From NCBI GenBank assembly GCA_031459385.1, contig JAVKIP010000001.1:341786-405785 (forward strand): 64,000 bases of DNA, in the 5' to 3' direction. The position numbers and the translations under genes are program-made. The notes beneath the pieces are model-generated. The model was given only the letters and a program-made list of their open reading frames with translations, was not told the DNA's origin and did no database searches. Each line of letters begins with the position of its first letter. Within the stretch, counting starts at the first letter, position 1. This document shows positions 55,977 through 64,000 of the stretch, piece by piece. This DNA comes from Candidatus Fervidifonticultor secundus. GTDB lineage: Bacteria; Sysuimicrobiota; Sysuimicrobiia; Sysuimicrobiales; Humicultoraceae.

Positions 55977-57102
55977 GTGCGGCTTCCACCCCGCGCGGCC
56001 GTCTGCCGATCCCGCGCCCGCCGCCCCACAGCCGCTTCGGTGTGACCAGCAGGAGCACGAACGTCCCGACACCGATGGCCAGTGCGTCCAGCAGGCTGGC
56101 GCCGGCGGCCGCGGCCACACCCATCGCCACCAGTCCCACCACCGTGGCGGTCGTCCCGCGCTCGGTCACTCTGCTGTAGATCCCATCGGGCAGCGTTGCC
56201 ACCACCACCATGAGGAGGAGGCCCATGACCACCTCGCTCACCGTGCCCAGGCCGGGCCCGCTCAGACGGTCATTGATGGCGTGCACCACGCCCGCGCCCA
56301 GGATCGGGCCCAGCCAGTGCCGCCGCCCGCCCAGCACGCACATCATGATCACCAGCAGCGGCACGCGGAGGGAGAACACCGCGTCGGCGGTCACGTACCG
56401 CACCTGCAGCGCGTGCAGCCCCCCGCTCAGGCCGGCCACCGCACCGCTCAGCGCCAGCGCCGCTATCTTGTACGCGAAGGTGGGCACGCCCAGGCCCTCG
56501 GCCACGCGCTCGTCGTCGTGGATCGCCCGCAGACCCCAGCCGTGCCGGCTGCGATGGGTCCACCAGCCGACACCCACGGCCACGCATGCCACCAGAAGCC
56601 CGGCGAAGTAGAGGAACTCCACGTCGGAGAGCCCCCAGGGGTACTCCAGCTTCGGCAGCGGTATGCCCCGCCCGCCGTCCAGGTAGCCGACGTTGTTCAC
56701 CAGGCTGTGCAGCGCTACCGCCGCCGCCAGGGTGACCAGCGCGAACACGGGCCCCCGGATCTGGCGCAGGCGGAACACCACCAGGCCGATCCCGCAGGCG
56801 ACGAGCGCGCTCGCCACCGCCCCCGCCGGGATCGCCAGGCCGTAGGGCGCGCCATGCCGGTCGATCAACACCGCCGCCCCGTACACGCCCGCTCCGTAGA
56901 AGGCGCCCTGCCCGAAGCTGAAGTAGCCGGCGTAACCCGAGATCACATTCCAGCTGGTGGCCTGCGCTACCCAAAAGAAGAAGAAGTACAGGAACACCAG
57001 GTAGTACGCTGGCAGGCCGAGACCCTGGATCGCGGCGGGCACGGCCAGCAGCGCGGCCAGGGCGGCGCCGACGACCCAGCGCCCGCCCGGCCGCGTCATC
57101 AT
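55969..57102 (-). CDS. livM: Branched-chain amino acid-type ABC permease
   Basis: SWNVISGYAGYFSFGQGAF, FALVTLA, LRAIHDDE, LGG..GPILGA. Confidence 0.9.
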   Translation of the reverse strand: MMTRPGGRWVVGAALAALLAVPAAIQGLGLPAYYLVFLYFFFFWVAQATSWNVISGYAGYFSFGQGAFYGAGVYGAAVLIDRHGAPYGLAIPAGAVASALVACGIGLVVFRLRQIRGPVFALVTLAAAVALHSLVNNVGYLDGGRGIPLPKLEYPWGLSDVEFLYFAGLLVACVAVGVGWWTHRSRHGWGLRAIHDDERVAEGLGVPTFAYKIAALALSGAVAGLSGGLHALQVRYVTADAVFSLRVPLLVIMMCVLGGRRHWLGPILGAGVVHAINDRLSGPGLGTVSEVVMGLLLMVVVATLPDGIYSRVTERGTTATVVGLVAMGVAAAAGASLLDALAIGVGTFVLLLVTPKRLWGGGRGIGRRPRGVEAARG

Positions 57103-57977
57103 CCTTCCCGCCGTCCCAGCACGCTGGGCAGCAGGCCTTCCGGCCGAACCAGCAGGCCCACCAGCAGTGCGCCGGCGCCCACCAGCCGGGCGACTGCCGT
57201 GGCGCCCAGGGCCTGGGCGATGGCCTCGCCCACCCCGATGACCACCCCGCCCAGCACGACGCCTAGGGGGTTCCCGATGCCTCCCAGGATCACCGAGGCG
57301 AACAGCAGGCCGATCCACTGTTCCGCGGCGTTGGGGTACAGCGCGTGGTTCATCGCGATCAAGACCCCGGCGATACCGCCCGTGGCACCGCCCACCGCGG
57401 CGACCAGCAGACGCAGCCGCTCCACGTCGGCGCCGCACGCCCTGGTCATCTCTTCGTCGGAGACGGCCGCCCGGAGCGCCTTCCCCGGGTACGTGCGCTT
57501 CAACCACAGGCTGACAGCTCCGGCGACGAGCATCGCCACCGAGAACGAGAGCACCTGCGTGATCGGGAAGGCCAGGTCTCCCGCGGTCAGCGCACCGGTG
57601 GCGTACGGGTTCTGCGCCACGGGGATGCGCCGGTAGTCCGCTGTCCACACCAGCTTGGAGAGCCCTTCGAAGACCACCAGGACGCCGAACGTGAACACCA
57701 GCGACCGGGCAGCGTCCAGGCGCAGCCGGCGCACCAGGAACCGCCAGCCCGCGCCGGCGACGCCGCCGAGGGGCGCCACCACCAGCAGCACCGCCAGCGG
57801 ATCCATCCCCCGGGTCGCCAGCTCGTAGGTGACGTACCCGAAGCCGAAGATCATGGCGAAGTGCGCGAAGTCGATGGTGTCGAGGTACCCCCAGGCCAGC
57901 GTAAGGCCCAGCGCCAGCAGGGCGTAGAACGCACCTATGAGGATCCCCGAGGCCGCGGCCTGTACCAGCTCGATCAC
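57099..57977 (-). CDS. livH: Branched-chain amino acid-type ABC permease
   Basis: YALLALGLTL, DFAH, GKALRA, VILGGIG. Confidence 0.9.
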   Translation of the reverse strand: MIELVQAAASGILIGAFYALLALGLTLAWGYLDTIDFAHFAMIFGFGYVTYELATRGMDPLAVLLVVAPLGGVAGAGWRFLVRRLRLDAARSLVFTFGVLVVFEGLSKLVWTADYRRIPVAQNPYATGALTAGDLAFPITQVLSFSVAMLVAGAVSLWLKRTYPGKALRAAVSDEEMTRACGADVERLRLLVAAVGGATGGIAGVLIAMNHALYPNAAEQWIGLLFASVILGGIGNPLGVVLGGVVIGVGEAIAQALGATAVARLVGAGALLVGLLVRPEGLLPSVLGRREG

Positions 57978-58093
57978 GGGCGCGCTCCGACCTCAGCCCT
58001 TAGGGTGTGCACCACGCCTCGGCGCCCGCGCCGGCACGCCCCATGGCGGTACCGGTGGGCACCCGACGCCGTCGCATTGACCTCTTCTACGCC

Positions 58094-59332
58094 TCAGCGC
58101 AGCCGACGGTCCTCGGCGGTCATCGACTGCGGCCACACCGCCCACCACCGGCCGTCCTGGATCTGCATCACGGCCTGGAGATCGTCGCCATAGTTCTGCT
58201 GCTGCCGGTCGAATCGCAGATGCCCCTGCACCGTGGGCACGGGCTTGGAGAGCAACACGTCGGCGATCGCCCCCTGGTCCAGGCACCGGCACTCCTGGAC
58301 CCCGAAGACCAGCACCTGCCACGCCGACCAGGACGCTGCCGACTGGACGTCAGGCTCGCTGTAGGCCAGCCCCGTGGCCTTGGCCCACGCCCGGTACCGG
58401 TTCACGAAGTCTCTGGCGCCCGGGTACGAGAGGTAGGGCTCGTGGGGCACGAAGATCGTCACGCTCGTGGCGCGGTCCGTCAGGGGCAACGCCGCCAGCA
58501 TCGCGCCCGGCGACGGCCACTGGTGGAAGTGGTGGCGGGGCCGCCAGCCCAGCTGCGCCAGCGCCTGGAGCAGGTTCACGCCGTCCAGCGCCAGCCCGGC
58601 GACGTAGAGCAGGTCCGGATTCGCGCGCCGCACTTGCTGGGCGACGGGCACCCAGTCGGTGGTCCCGAGGTCGAACTGCAGGTCCAGCACCGTACGCAGC
58701 CCCTTCTGCTCGGCGATGCGCACGGCACCGCCGGCATTGGCCCGTCCGTACGCCAGGAACTGGGTGCCCGGGAACTTGTTCACCACGAAGCCCACAGTCT
58801 GGGGCCGCTGGCCGGGTGGCAGCGTCCGGTAGGCGTCGAACACCTTCGCCGGGGTCGTCAAGTGGGTGTTGAGCCCCACGTACCACGTCGGGAAGTGCCG
58901 CCGGTACGTGTACGCGTAGGTCAGGCTCGCGGTGTGATGCGGGAACACGTAGCCGTATTTCTCCGCCACCCGCATGGCGGCCGTGATGGACGCGGTGCCG
59001 TATGGCCCGATGATCAGGTCTACCTTGTCTTCCGTGATGAGGCGTTCGTAGAGGGCCGCCGCCTTGTCCGGCTGCGACTCATCGTCCAGGAGCACCCACT
59101 CCAGGGGCCGGCCGAGCAGTCCGCCCTTCTCGTTCACCATCTGGACGAACGCCCGTCCCGCCGCCTCGTGCACTTTCCCCTGCGCGGCAAACACGCCGGT
59201 CAGGGGCAGGGTCCCGCCCACCCGGATGGGCCGGGGCTGCGCGGCGCCGTCCACCTGCACGACGAGCAGGGCCAGCAAGACCGTGAGACCGATCCACCGC
59301 CCGAGTGCTCCGCGTGCATGCCTCACCTGCAT
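58094..59332 (-). CDS. LivK-like ABC substrate-binding protein
   Basis: Signal peptide, PIRVGGTLPLTG, GGLLGRP..DD, YERLITEDKVD. Confidence 0.9.
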   Translation of the reverse strand: MQVRHARGALGRWIGLTVLLALLVVQVDGAAQPRPIRVGGTLPLTGVFAAQGKVHEAAGRAFVQMVNEKGGLLGRPLEWVLLDDESQPDKAAALYERLITEDKVDLIIGPYGTASITAAMRVAEKYGYVFPHHTASLTYAYTYRRHFPTWYVGLNTHLTTPAKVFDAYRTLPPGQRPQTVGFVVNKFPGTQFLAYGRANAGGAVRIAEQKGLRTVLDLQFDLGTTDWVPVAQQVRRANPDLLYVAGLALDGVNLLQALAQLGWRPRHHFHQWPSPGAMLAALPLTDRATSVTIFVPHEPYLSYPGARDFVNRYRAWAKATGLAYSEPDVQSAASWSAWQVLVFGVQECRCLDQGAIADVLLSKPVPTVQGHLRFDRQQQNYGDDLQAVMQIQDGRWWAVWPQSMTAEDRRLR

Positions 59333-59372
59333 GGTCACGCACCTCCTCCTGCGGTATCTGGCGCTGTTCCGC

Positions 59373-60308
59373 TCACTGCTGCGATGCTCCGCCGGCCGAT
59401 GCGCGCCCGGCCGCCAGCAGCTGGCCCAGGTACTCCCACTCGCGGTTGAAGCGGTAGGAGTGGTTGCGCGGGGGTTGCGGCGCCTGTGTCTCGAGCCACC
59501 GGACCTTCTGGGCCGACCGGTTGTAGAAGGCGTGAATGGTACCAACCCCGGTCCAGAAGCAGTCGCCGGCCTGCAGCCGGTACGTCTGCCCGTCCGCCAC
59601 CGCGTCCACTTCGCCGTCCAGGATCAGGTAGGCTTCTTCCAGGGGATGGTCGTGGGGGTGCGCGACGCCGCCTGGCTCGTACTCGACCATGAACATGGTG
59701 AACAGGTTGGCGTCCTGGCGCTGGTCGACCAGCATCTTGATCCCGATCCCGCTGTAGACCAGCAGTGCCGTCAGCATGCTCGGCGAGACCACCGGGGCAT
59801 CGACCCGGCTCCCCCGGCGGGCGCTGTCCAGGTCCATCTGCCCCGGCTCGAAGTGAAAGAACTGCCGGCAGCGCGGGTCCCGGGCGTCCACGCGCCTGGC
59901 GGTGCCGGTGGCCGGGGCCTGCGGCTGGAAGAAGATGTCGGCAGGGTCCCGGTCGCCGCGAGGGCGCGGCGCCACCATCTCCACCCACGTCGACAGTTGC
60001 GTCCCCGGGTTCCGCCATGCGTGCAGCACGCCCACCGGGATCAGGCCGCCCTCGTCTTTCCCGAGGCGAATCCGCTCGCCGTTCATGGTCAGCTCGAGTT
60101 CGCCGTCCAGCACGTAAACGGCTTCCTCGTACGACTGCACGTGGGGCTCGATGTGCCCCCCGGCCTCCAGCTCGCACGCCGCAAACCCCATGTGGACCGA
60201 ACCGGCGGTCCCGTCCACCAGCGGCTGCCGCCGGAAGCCCCCGCTGTGTCTTGCGAAGCGCTCCGGCACCGTCATCTGTGCACGATCCAGCCGCGTCACG
60301 CGATGCAC
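59373..60308 (-). CDS. Bicupin protein
   Basis: Two cupin motifs: HVQSYEE..HAWRN and HDHPLEE..HAFYN. Confidence 0.88.
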   Translation of the reverse strand: MHRVTRLDRAQMTVPERFARHSGGFRRQPLVDGTAGSVHMGFAACELEAGGHIEPHVQSYEEAVYVLDGELELTMNGERIRLGKDEGGLIPVGVLHAWRNPGTQLSTWVEMVAPRPRGDRDPADIFFQPQAPATGTARRVDARDPRCRQFFHFEPGQMDLDSARRGSRVDAPVVSPSMLTALLVYSGIGIKMLVDQRQDANLFTMFMVEYEPGGVAHPHDHPLEEAYLILDGEVDAVADGQTYRLQAGDCFWTGVGTIHAFYNRSAQKVRWLETQAPQPPRNHSYRFNREWEYLGQLLAAGRASAGGASQQ

Positions 60309-60362
60309 GCCGTGCTCGCCTCCTTCATCTACCCCCTCTACCTCCGCGCTGCCAGGCAGGCT

Positions 60363-61064
60363 CTACCCGAACACCCACCCGCCGTCCACGTAGAGCTCGA
60401 CCCCGTTGACGGCCGGGTTCTCCAGCAGGAAGGCCACCGCATGCACCACGTCGGCCATCCGCACCAGCCGCCCGGTCGGCGTGCGCGCCCGCACGCGCTC
60501 CAGCATCTCTGCGTTGCCGGCCCAGTAGGGGCTGTCCCCCACGATCCCGGGGTGGATGGCGTTCACCCGGATCGGTGCCAGCTCGATGGCCATCGTCCGG
60601 ACCAGTCCTGCGACCCCGGCGTTGACCGTGGTCACCGTGGTCGACCCCGGGTAGGGGCGCTCTTTGGCCAGCCCGCCGAAGATGACGACGGCGGCCTCGG
60701 GCGTCATGCGGGGATGCAGCGCGTGCACCACCGCTGTGTAGCCCACCAGCTTGAGCGTCACGAGGTTGAGGGCGCCGGCGACGTCGTACGCCCGCACCGT
60801 GTTTCGGTCGCGGTCGATGGCCGCCAGCACCAGGCCGTCCACCGGCCCCACGGAGGCCAGCCGGGAGGGGATCTCGTCAGGACGGGTGAGGTCCAGCCCC
60901 ACCGCCTGAAGCGTGCGGCCGAGCCGTCCGGCCACTTCGGCGGCACGGGCGGCGTCCCGTCCGGAGATCACGACGGTGCGCCCGCGGTCCGCGTAGTGTC
61001 GGGCGATCTCCAGGCCGATGCCCGACGTTCCGCCAATGACCACTACCGCACCGTCGCGCACCAT
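60363..61064 (-). CDS. Atypical short-chain dehydrogenase/reductase
   Basis: GGTSGIG, ELAPIRVNAIHPG, VDGG; no canonical YxxxK. Confidence 0.88.
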   Translation of the reverse strand: MVRDGAVVVIGGTSGIGLEIARHYADRGRTVVISGRDAARAAEVAGRLGRTLQAVGLDLTRPDEIPSRLASVGPVDGLVLAAIDRDRNTVRAYDVAGALNLVTLKLVGYTAVVHALHPRMTPEAAVVIFGGLAKERPYPGSTTVTTVNAGVAGLVRTMAIELAPIRVNAIHPGIVGDSPYWAGNAEMLERVRARTPTGRLVRMADVVHAVAFLLENPAVNGVELYVDGGWVFG

Positions 61065-61090
61065 ACGTGCCTCCTCAATGGTAGGATCTC

Positions 61091-61122
61091 GTCAGACCGG
61101 CAGATTGTCTGACTGATTAGAC
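61091..61122. promoter_or_regulatory. Candidate FadR operator array upstream of the SDR-cupin-LIV operon
   Basis: gtcagac(61091), ggcagat(61099), gtctgac(61107), attagac(61116); same box and 8-bp periodicity as at 52912. Confidence 0.6.
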
Positions 61123-61167
61123 CCCTGGCCGTGGAACTCCTCTCCGGCGTCCGGGCGTGCGCCCGTG

Positions 61168-62510
61168 TCAGATCTCCGGGAGCCGGAACCCCGGGGCAGC
61201 GAGCACGTGGTCGCGCGACTGATACGCCAGCTGCCGTACCCTGGCCAGGTCGACGCCGACCAGCTGTCCGCCCCGCTTGAGGATCCTCCCGGCCACGAGG
61301 ACCGTGTCGACGTTGCTGGTGTCCATCCCCCAGACCACGGCGCCGATGGGGTCGTTGATGGGGAAGACGTTGGGACGGTCGGTGCGCAGCAGGACGAGGT
61401 CGGCCTCCTTACCAGGGGTCAGGGTACCTACCCGGTCGGCGAGGCCGTTGGCGCGTGCTCCCTCGACGGTGGCCCACCGGAGCACGTCTCGCGTGGTGGC
61501 CAGCGGCGGGACGTTCTCCTCGCCGGCCAGCTTCCGCTCGAAGACCAGCGCGTGCTGCAGCGAGATGGCCGCCCGCATCTGCGTGAACATGTCGTTGGGC
61601 ACGTTGGTTTCCACGTCAACGCTGAGGCTGGGGGCCAGGCCGCGGTCCAGGAAGCGCTGGATGGGCGGCATGCCGTGGCCCATCATCATCTCCACCGGGC
61701 AGGCCAGTGAGACGGTGGCGCCCGCGTCTACGATCAGGCGGATCTCGTCGTCGCCGAGCGTCGCGCAGTGGATGAAGGTCGTGTCGGGGCCGTACAGCCC
61801 AGTGCGGCCCACCTGGCCAACCTTCCCATGCCGGCCAAACGTGCCGACGCCCACGTGGGTGGTGATGCGGGCGTCCAGTTCCCGTGCCAGCTCCCAGTCG
61901 GCCCGGCACCCCTCCGGCGAGTCGAACTCGGGCCCGAAGGCCGCGACGGCCAGGGACAGCAGCTGGTCCTTCGACGAGAAGTAGCGCTGGGCCGCGTGCC
62001 GGATCCAGCCCGGGTGCTCAGGTGTGGGCGCCTCGACTCACGGTCGCCCGTAGGCGAACACCGCGCGGATCCCGGCTTCGCGCAGCGCGGCTACGGCCGC
62101 ATCAGTATGCTCCGGGGTCGTCTGGATGGGGACCAGTCCAGGACCGTGGTGATGCCAGCATCGATGCACCGCAGGGCGCTGACCAGGTTGGCGGCGTACA
62201 CGTCTTCCGGCCGGTAGACCGGCGCCAGCCGGTTCAGGACGAACGCCAGGTAACTGACCTCCCCCTCCAGGGGAACGTCGGTCCCGATGTTGCGGAGGAT
62301 CCCTTCCCAACAGTGGCGGTGCGTGTCGACGAACCCCGGGGCGACGATCATCTGGGACGCGTCGATGACCTCCGCGTCCGCCGCATGGAGGGCGGGCCCC
62401 ACGGCGGCGATCCGGGTGCCCTCGATCAGGACGTCGCCCCGCGGGAAGTTGCCCACCTCCGGGTCGAGGGTCAGGACACACCCACCCTTGATCAGCGTGC
62501 GCGCAGCCAT
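61168..62510 (-). pseudogene. Amidohydrolase (deaminase-like) pseudogene with frameshift and nonsense codon
   Basis: PGFVDTHRH..AGITTVLDWS, then a frameshift near 62128 (-HIQTTPEH continues in another frame), in-frame TGA at 62038-62040, then TH..IHC..SVD..GTLTPGKEAD. Confidence 0.85.
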
Positions 62511-62561
62511 CGCGATCCCCCTTCCCCCGCGCCGCTCGCGCTGCCCTGCGGGCGTCCGGTG

Positions 62562-63665
62562 CTAGATCACCTGCCCGTACTTCTCCCGCATCAGGTCCCT
62601 GATAAACTTCGACACGTCCAGGGTGACCCGCAGCCCCCGGTGCACCTGGGCTTCGACGCGGTCGCCGCGGTAGAGGGGGTAGCCCTCCATGAGCTTCTTC
62701 GCCTGGTCCTGGAAGTCGCGGTCGGCGTTCATGCGGTCGATGCCCTCCCACAGGGCGCGCAGGGCCTCGGGCGGGGTGCCCTCGGGGGCCCAGATGCCGC
62801 GGCCGTAGGTCCACGAGGCGGCGACGAGGGCGCGGAAGGCCTTCCAGCGCAGGAGGCCGTCGGGCTTTTTCTTGAAGAGCTGCTGGTAGACCTCGTAGAC
62901 GGTGGGGAGGTCGGGCACGGCCGGGTCGCGGACCATCTCGCCCTTCTCATTGATGAAGCCCAGCGTCATGAGTCCCACGGCCTTGCCCTCACGCACCAGG
63001 GGCAGCACCTGCGACGCGTAGACGAACGTGGCCTGGAAGTCGACGGTCATCTCGCCGCGCTCGAAGGCCAGGCGGATCGGGCCGCGCGACTCGAACCCGA
63101 AGACGACCTTGGGGCTCAGGCCCAGCAGCTCGAACGCCAGCAGGGCGGGCAGTTCGACCCCGGGCGGGGTGTTGCTGCCGAAGACCAGGCCTGCGGCTTT
63201 GGGCAGGTCGGCCGCAGTGCGCACGCCGGTCCGCGGCGACGCGTAGATGACCGCCCCGGAGCCGTTGATGGACACCAGGCGCCAGCGCGTGAAGTCGTAG
63301 CGCACGGCTGGATTGCCGAGCATGTAGGCCACCTTGGACGCCACGGTGCTCGCCAGCAGCGTCAGGCCGTCGGGCCGCGCGTTGGCCGCGAACCAGTTCA
63401 TCCCCAGCAGCGTCCCGCCTCCGGGCATGTTGCGGATGCGTACGGTCGGGTTGCCCGGGATGTGCCGCTCGAGGTAGGGCGCCAGGAACCGGTTGAGGAT
63501 GTCCGTGGCGCCGCCCACGGCCGTGGGCACGATCAGCTCGATCGTCTTGCCGGCGTAGAACGACGTCTGCGCGCCGCCCGACTGGCCTGTGGTCAGCACG
63601 AGCCCCAGGGCGGCCATCAGCCAGGCAGCCCGCACCAGCATCCGGCGTACCGATATCATATCCAC
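62562..63665 (-). CDS. TTT substrate-binding protein (TctC/Bug-like)
   Basis: FYAGKTIELIVPTAVGGATD, NMPGGG, RPDGLT, APEGTP; close paralog of 30100-31242. Confidence 0.88.
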   Translation of the reverse strand: MDMISVRRMLVRAAWLMAALGLVLTTGQSGGAQTSFYAGKTIELIVPTAVGGATDILNRFLAPYLERHIPGNPTVRIRNMPGGGTLLGMNWFAANARPDGLTLLASTVASKVAYMLGNPAVRYDFTRWRLVSINGSGAVIYASPRTGVRTAADLPKAAGLVFGSNTPPGVELPALLAFELLGLSPKVVFGFESRGPIRLAFERGEMTVDFQATFVYASQVLPLVREGKAVGLMTLGFINEKGEMVRDPAVPDLPTVYEVYQQLFKKKPDGLLRWKAFRALVAASWTYGRGIWAPEGTPPEALRALWEGIDRMNADRDFQDQAKKLMEGYPLYRGDRVEAQVHRGLRVTLDVSKFIRDLMREKYGQVI

Positions 63666-64000
63666 GATCCACCTCCCCTGATCGACTGCTTGGCCGGATC
63701 TCAGGCAGCCCCAGTTGCCGCTCCTGCACCGCGGCCGCCTCAGATGGTCTGGCCGTACCTATCGCGCAGCAGGTCCCGCACGTACTTGATCACGTCCAGC
63801 GTCACGCGCAGCGCCCGGTGCACCTGGGCTTCGACGCGGTCGCCGCGGTAGAGGGGGTAGCCCTCCATGAGCTTCTTCGCCTGGTCTTGGAAGTCGCGGT
63901 CGGCGTTCATGCGGTCGATGCCCTCCCACAGGGCGCGCAGGGCCTCGGGCGGGGTGCCCTCGGGGGCCCAGATGCCGCGGCCGTAGGTCCACGAGGCGGC
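62636..64000. repeat. Near-identical 187-bp direct repeat: 62636-62822 vs 63814-64000
   Basis: One mismatch by direct comparison (ctggtcctgg/ctggtcttgg); 1178-bp offset; the second copy runs off the window. Confidence 0.9.
63740..64000 (-). CDS. TTT substrate-binding protein, 3' part (truncated by window edge)
   Basis: ..SWTYGRGIWAPEGTPPEALRALWEG..RALRVTLDVIKYVRDLLRDRYGQTI*. Confidence 0.88.
   Translation of the reverse strand, partial: AASWTYGRGIWAPEGTPPEALRALWEGIDRMNADRDFQDQAKKLMEGYPLYRGDRVEAQVHRALRVTLDVIKYVRDLLRDRYGQTI

Noticed and set aside
21967..62040. TGA recoding as Trp or Sec (two in-frame TGAs where Trp is plausible)
   Set aside because: Many intact genes here end in TGA with coupled downstream starts, and both affected loci carry a second lesion.
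62562..64000. Diversity-generating retroelement TR/VR pair
   Set aside because: The differences are mostly G/C synonymous rather than adenine-specific, both copies are coding, and there is no reverse transcriptase in the window.
1..64000. Mobile elements, defence systems, tRNA/rRNA
   Set aside because: I recognised no transposase, integrase, nuclease, phage or structural-RNA signatures.

Overview
Very GC-rich bacterial DNA (roughly 70% by eye) that is densely coding and almost entirely devoted to solute uptake and catabolism. I found no rRNA, tRNA, CRISPR array, transposase or phage genes. The left part (1-22.8 kb) holds a GntR/UTRA-headed operon (DUF4392 D-glutamate-cyclase-like protein, D-cysteine-desulfhydrase-like enzyme, Dpp-type ABC importer) and a convergent operon (DHDPS-like enzyme, D-2-hydroxyacid dehydrogenase, second Dpp importer, nitrilase, Xaa-Pro peptidase). 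It also holds an M20 amidohydrolase, a Gfo/Idh/MocA oxidoreductase, glnA with a terminator/antiterminator-like leader, two F420-type enzymes, a GNAT, an MFS transporter, two orphan genes and a fused operon-deletion scar. The right part (22.8-64 kb) is about 41 kb of co-oriented minus-strand genes forming a catabolic super-cluster. Its importers are two TTT cassettes plus two extra TctC, a NitT/TauT ABC, a TAXI-TRAP and a LIV ABC. Its enzymes include an orphan Mo-hydroxylase large subunit, three M24-fold proteins with altered metal ligands, a DHPON-hydrolase-like C-C hydrolase, an ACMSD-like amidohydrolase, a PYROXD2-like flavoprotein, an E1a/E1b/E2 2-oxoacid dehydrogenase without E3, a bicupin, an SDR, RidA and a DUF6282 protein. 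A FadR regulator has repeated candidate operators at two promoters. The best candidate for an undescribed system is this cluster, a probable pathway for an unknown, possibly N-heterocyclic or aryl-ketone, substrate. All family calls come from motif recognition by eye; no database searches were run.
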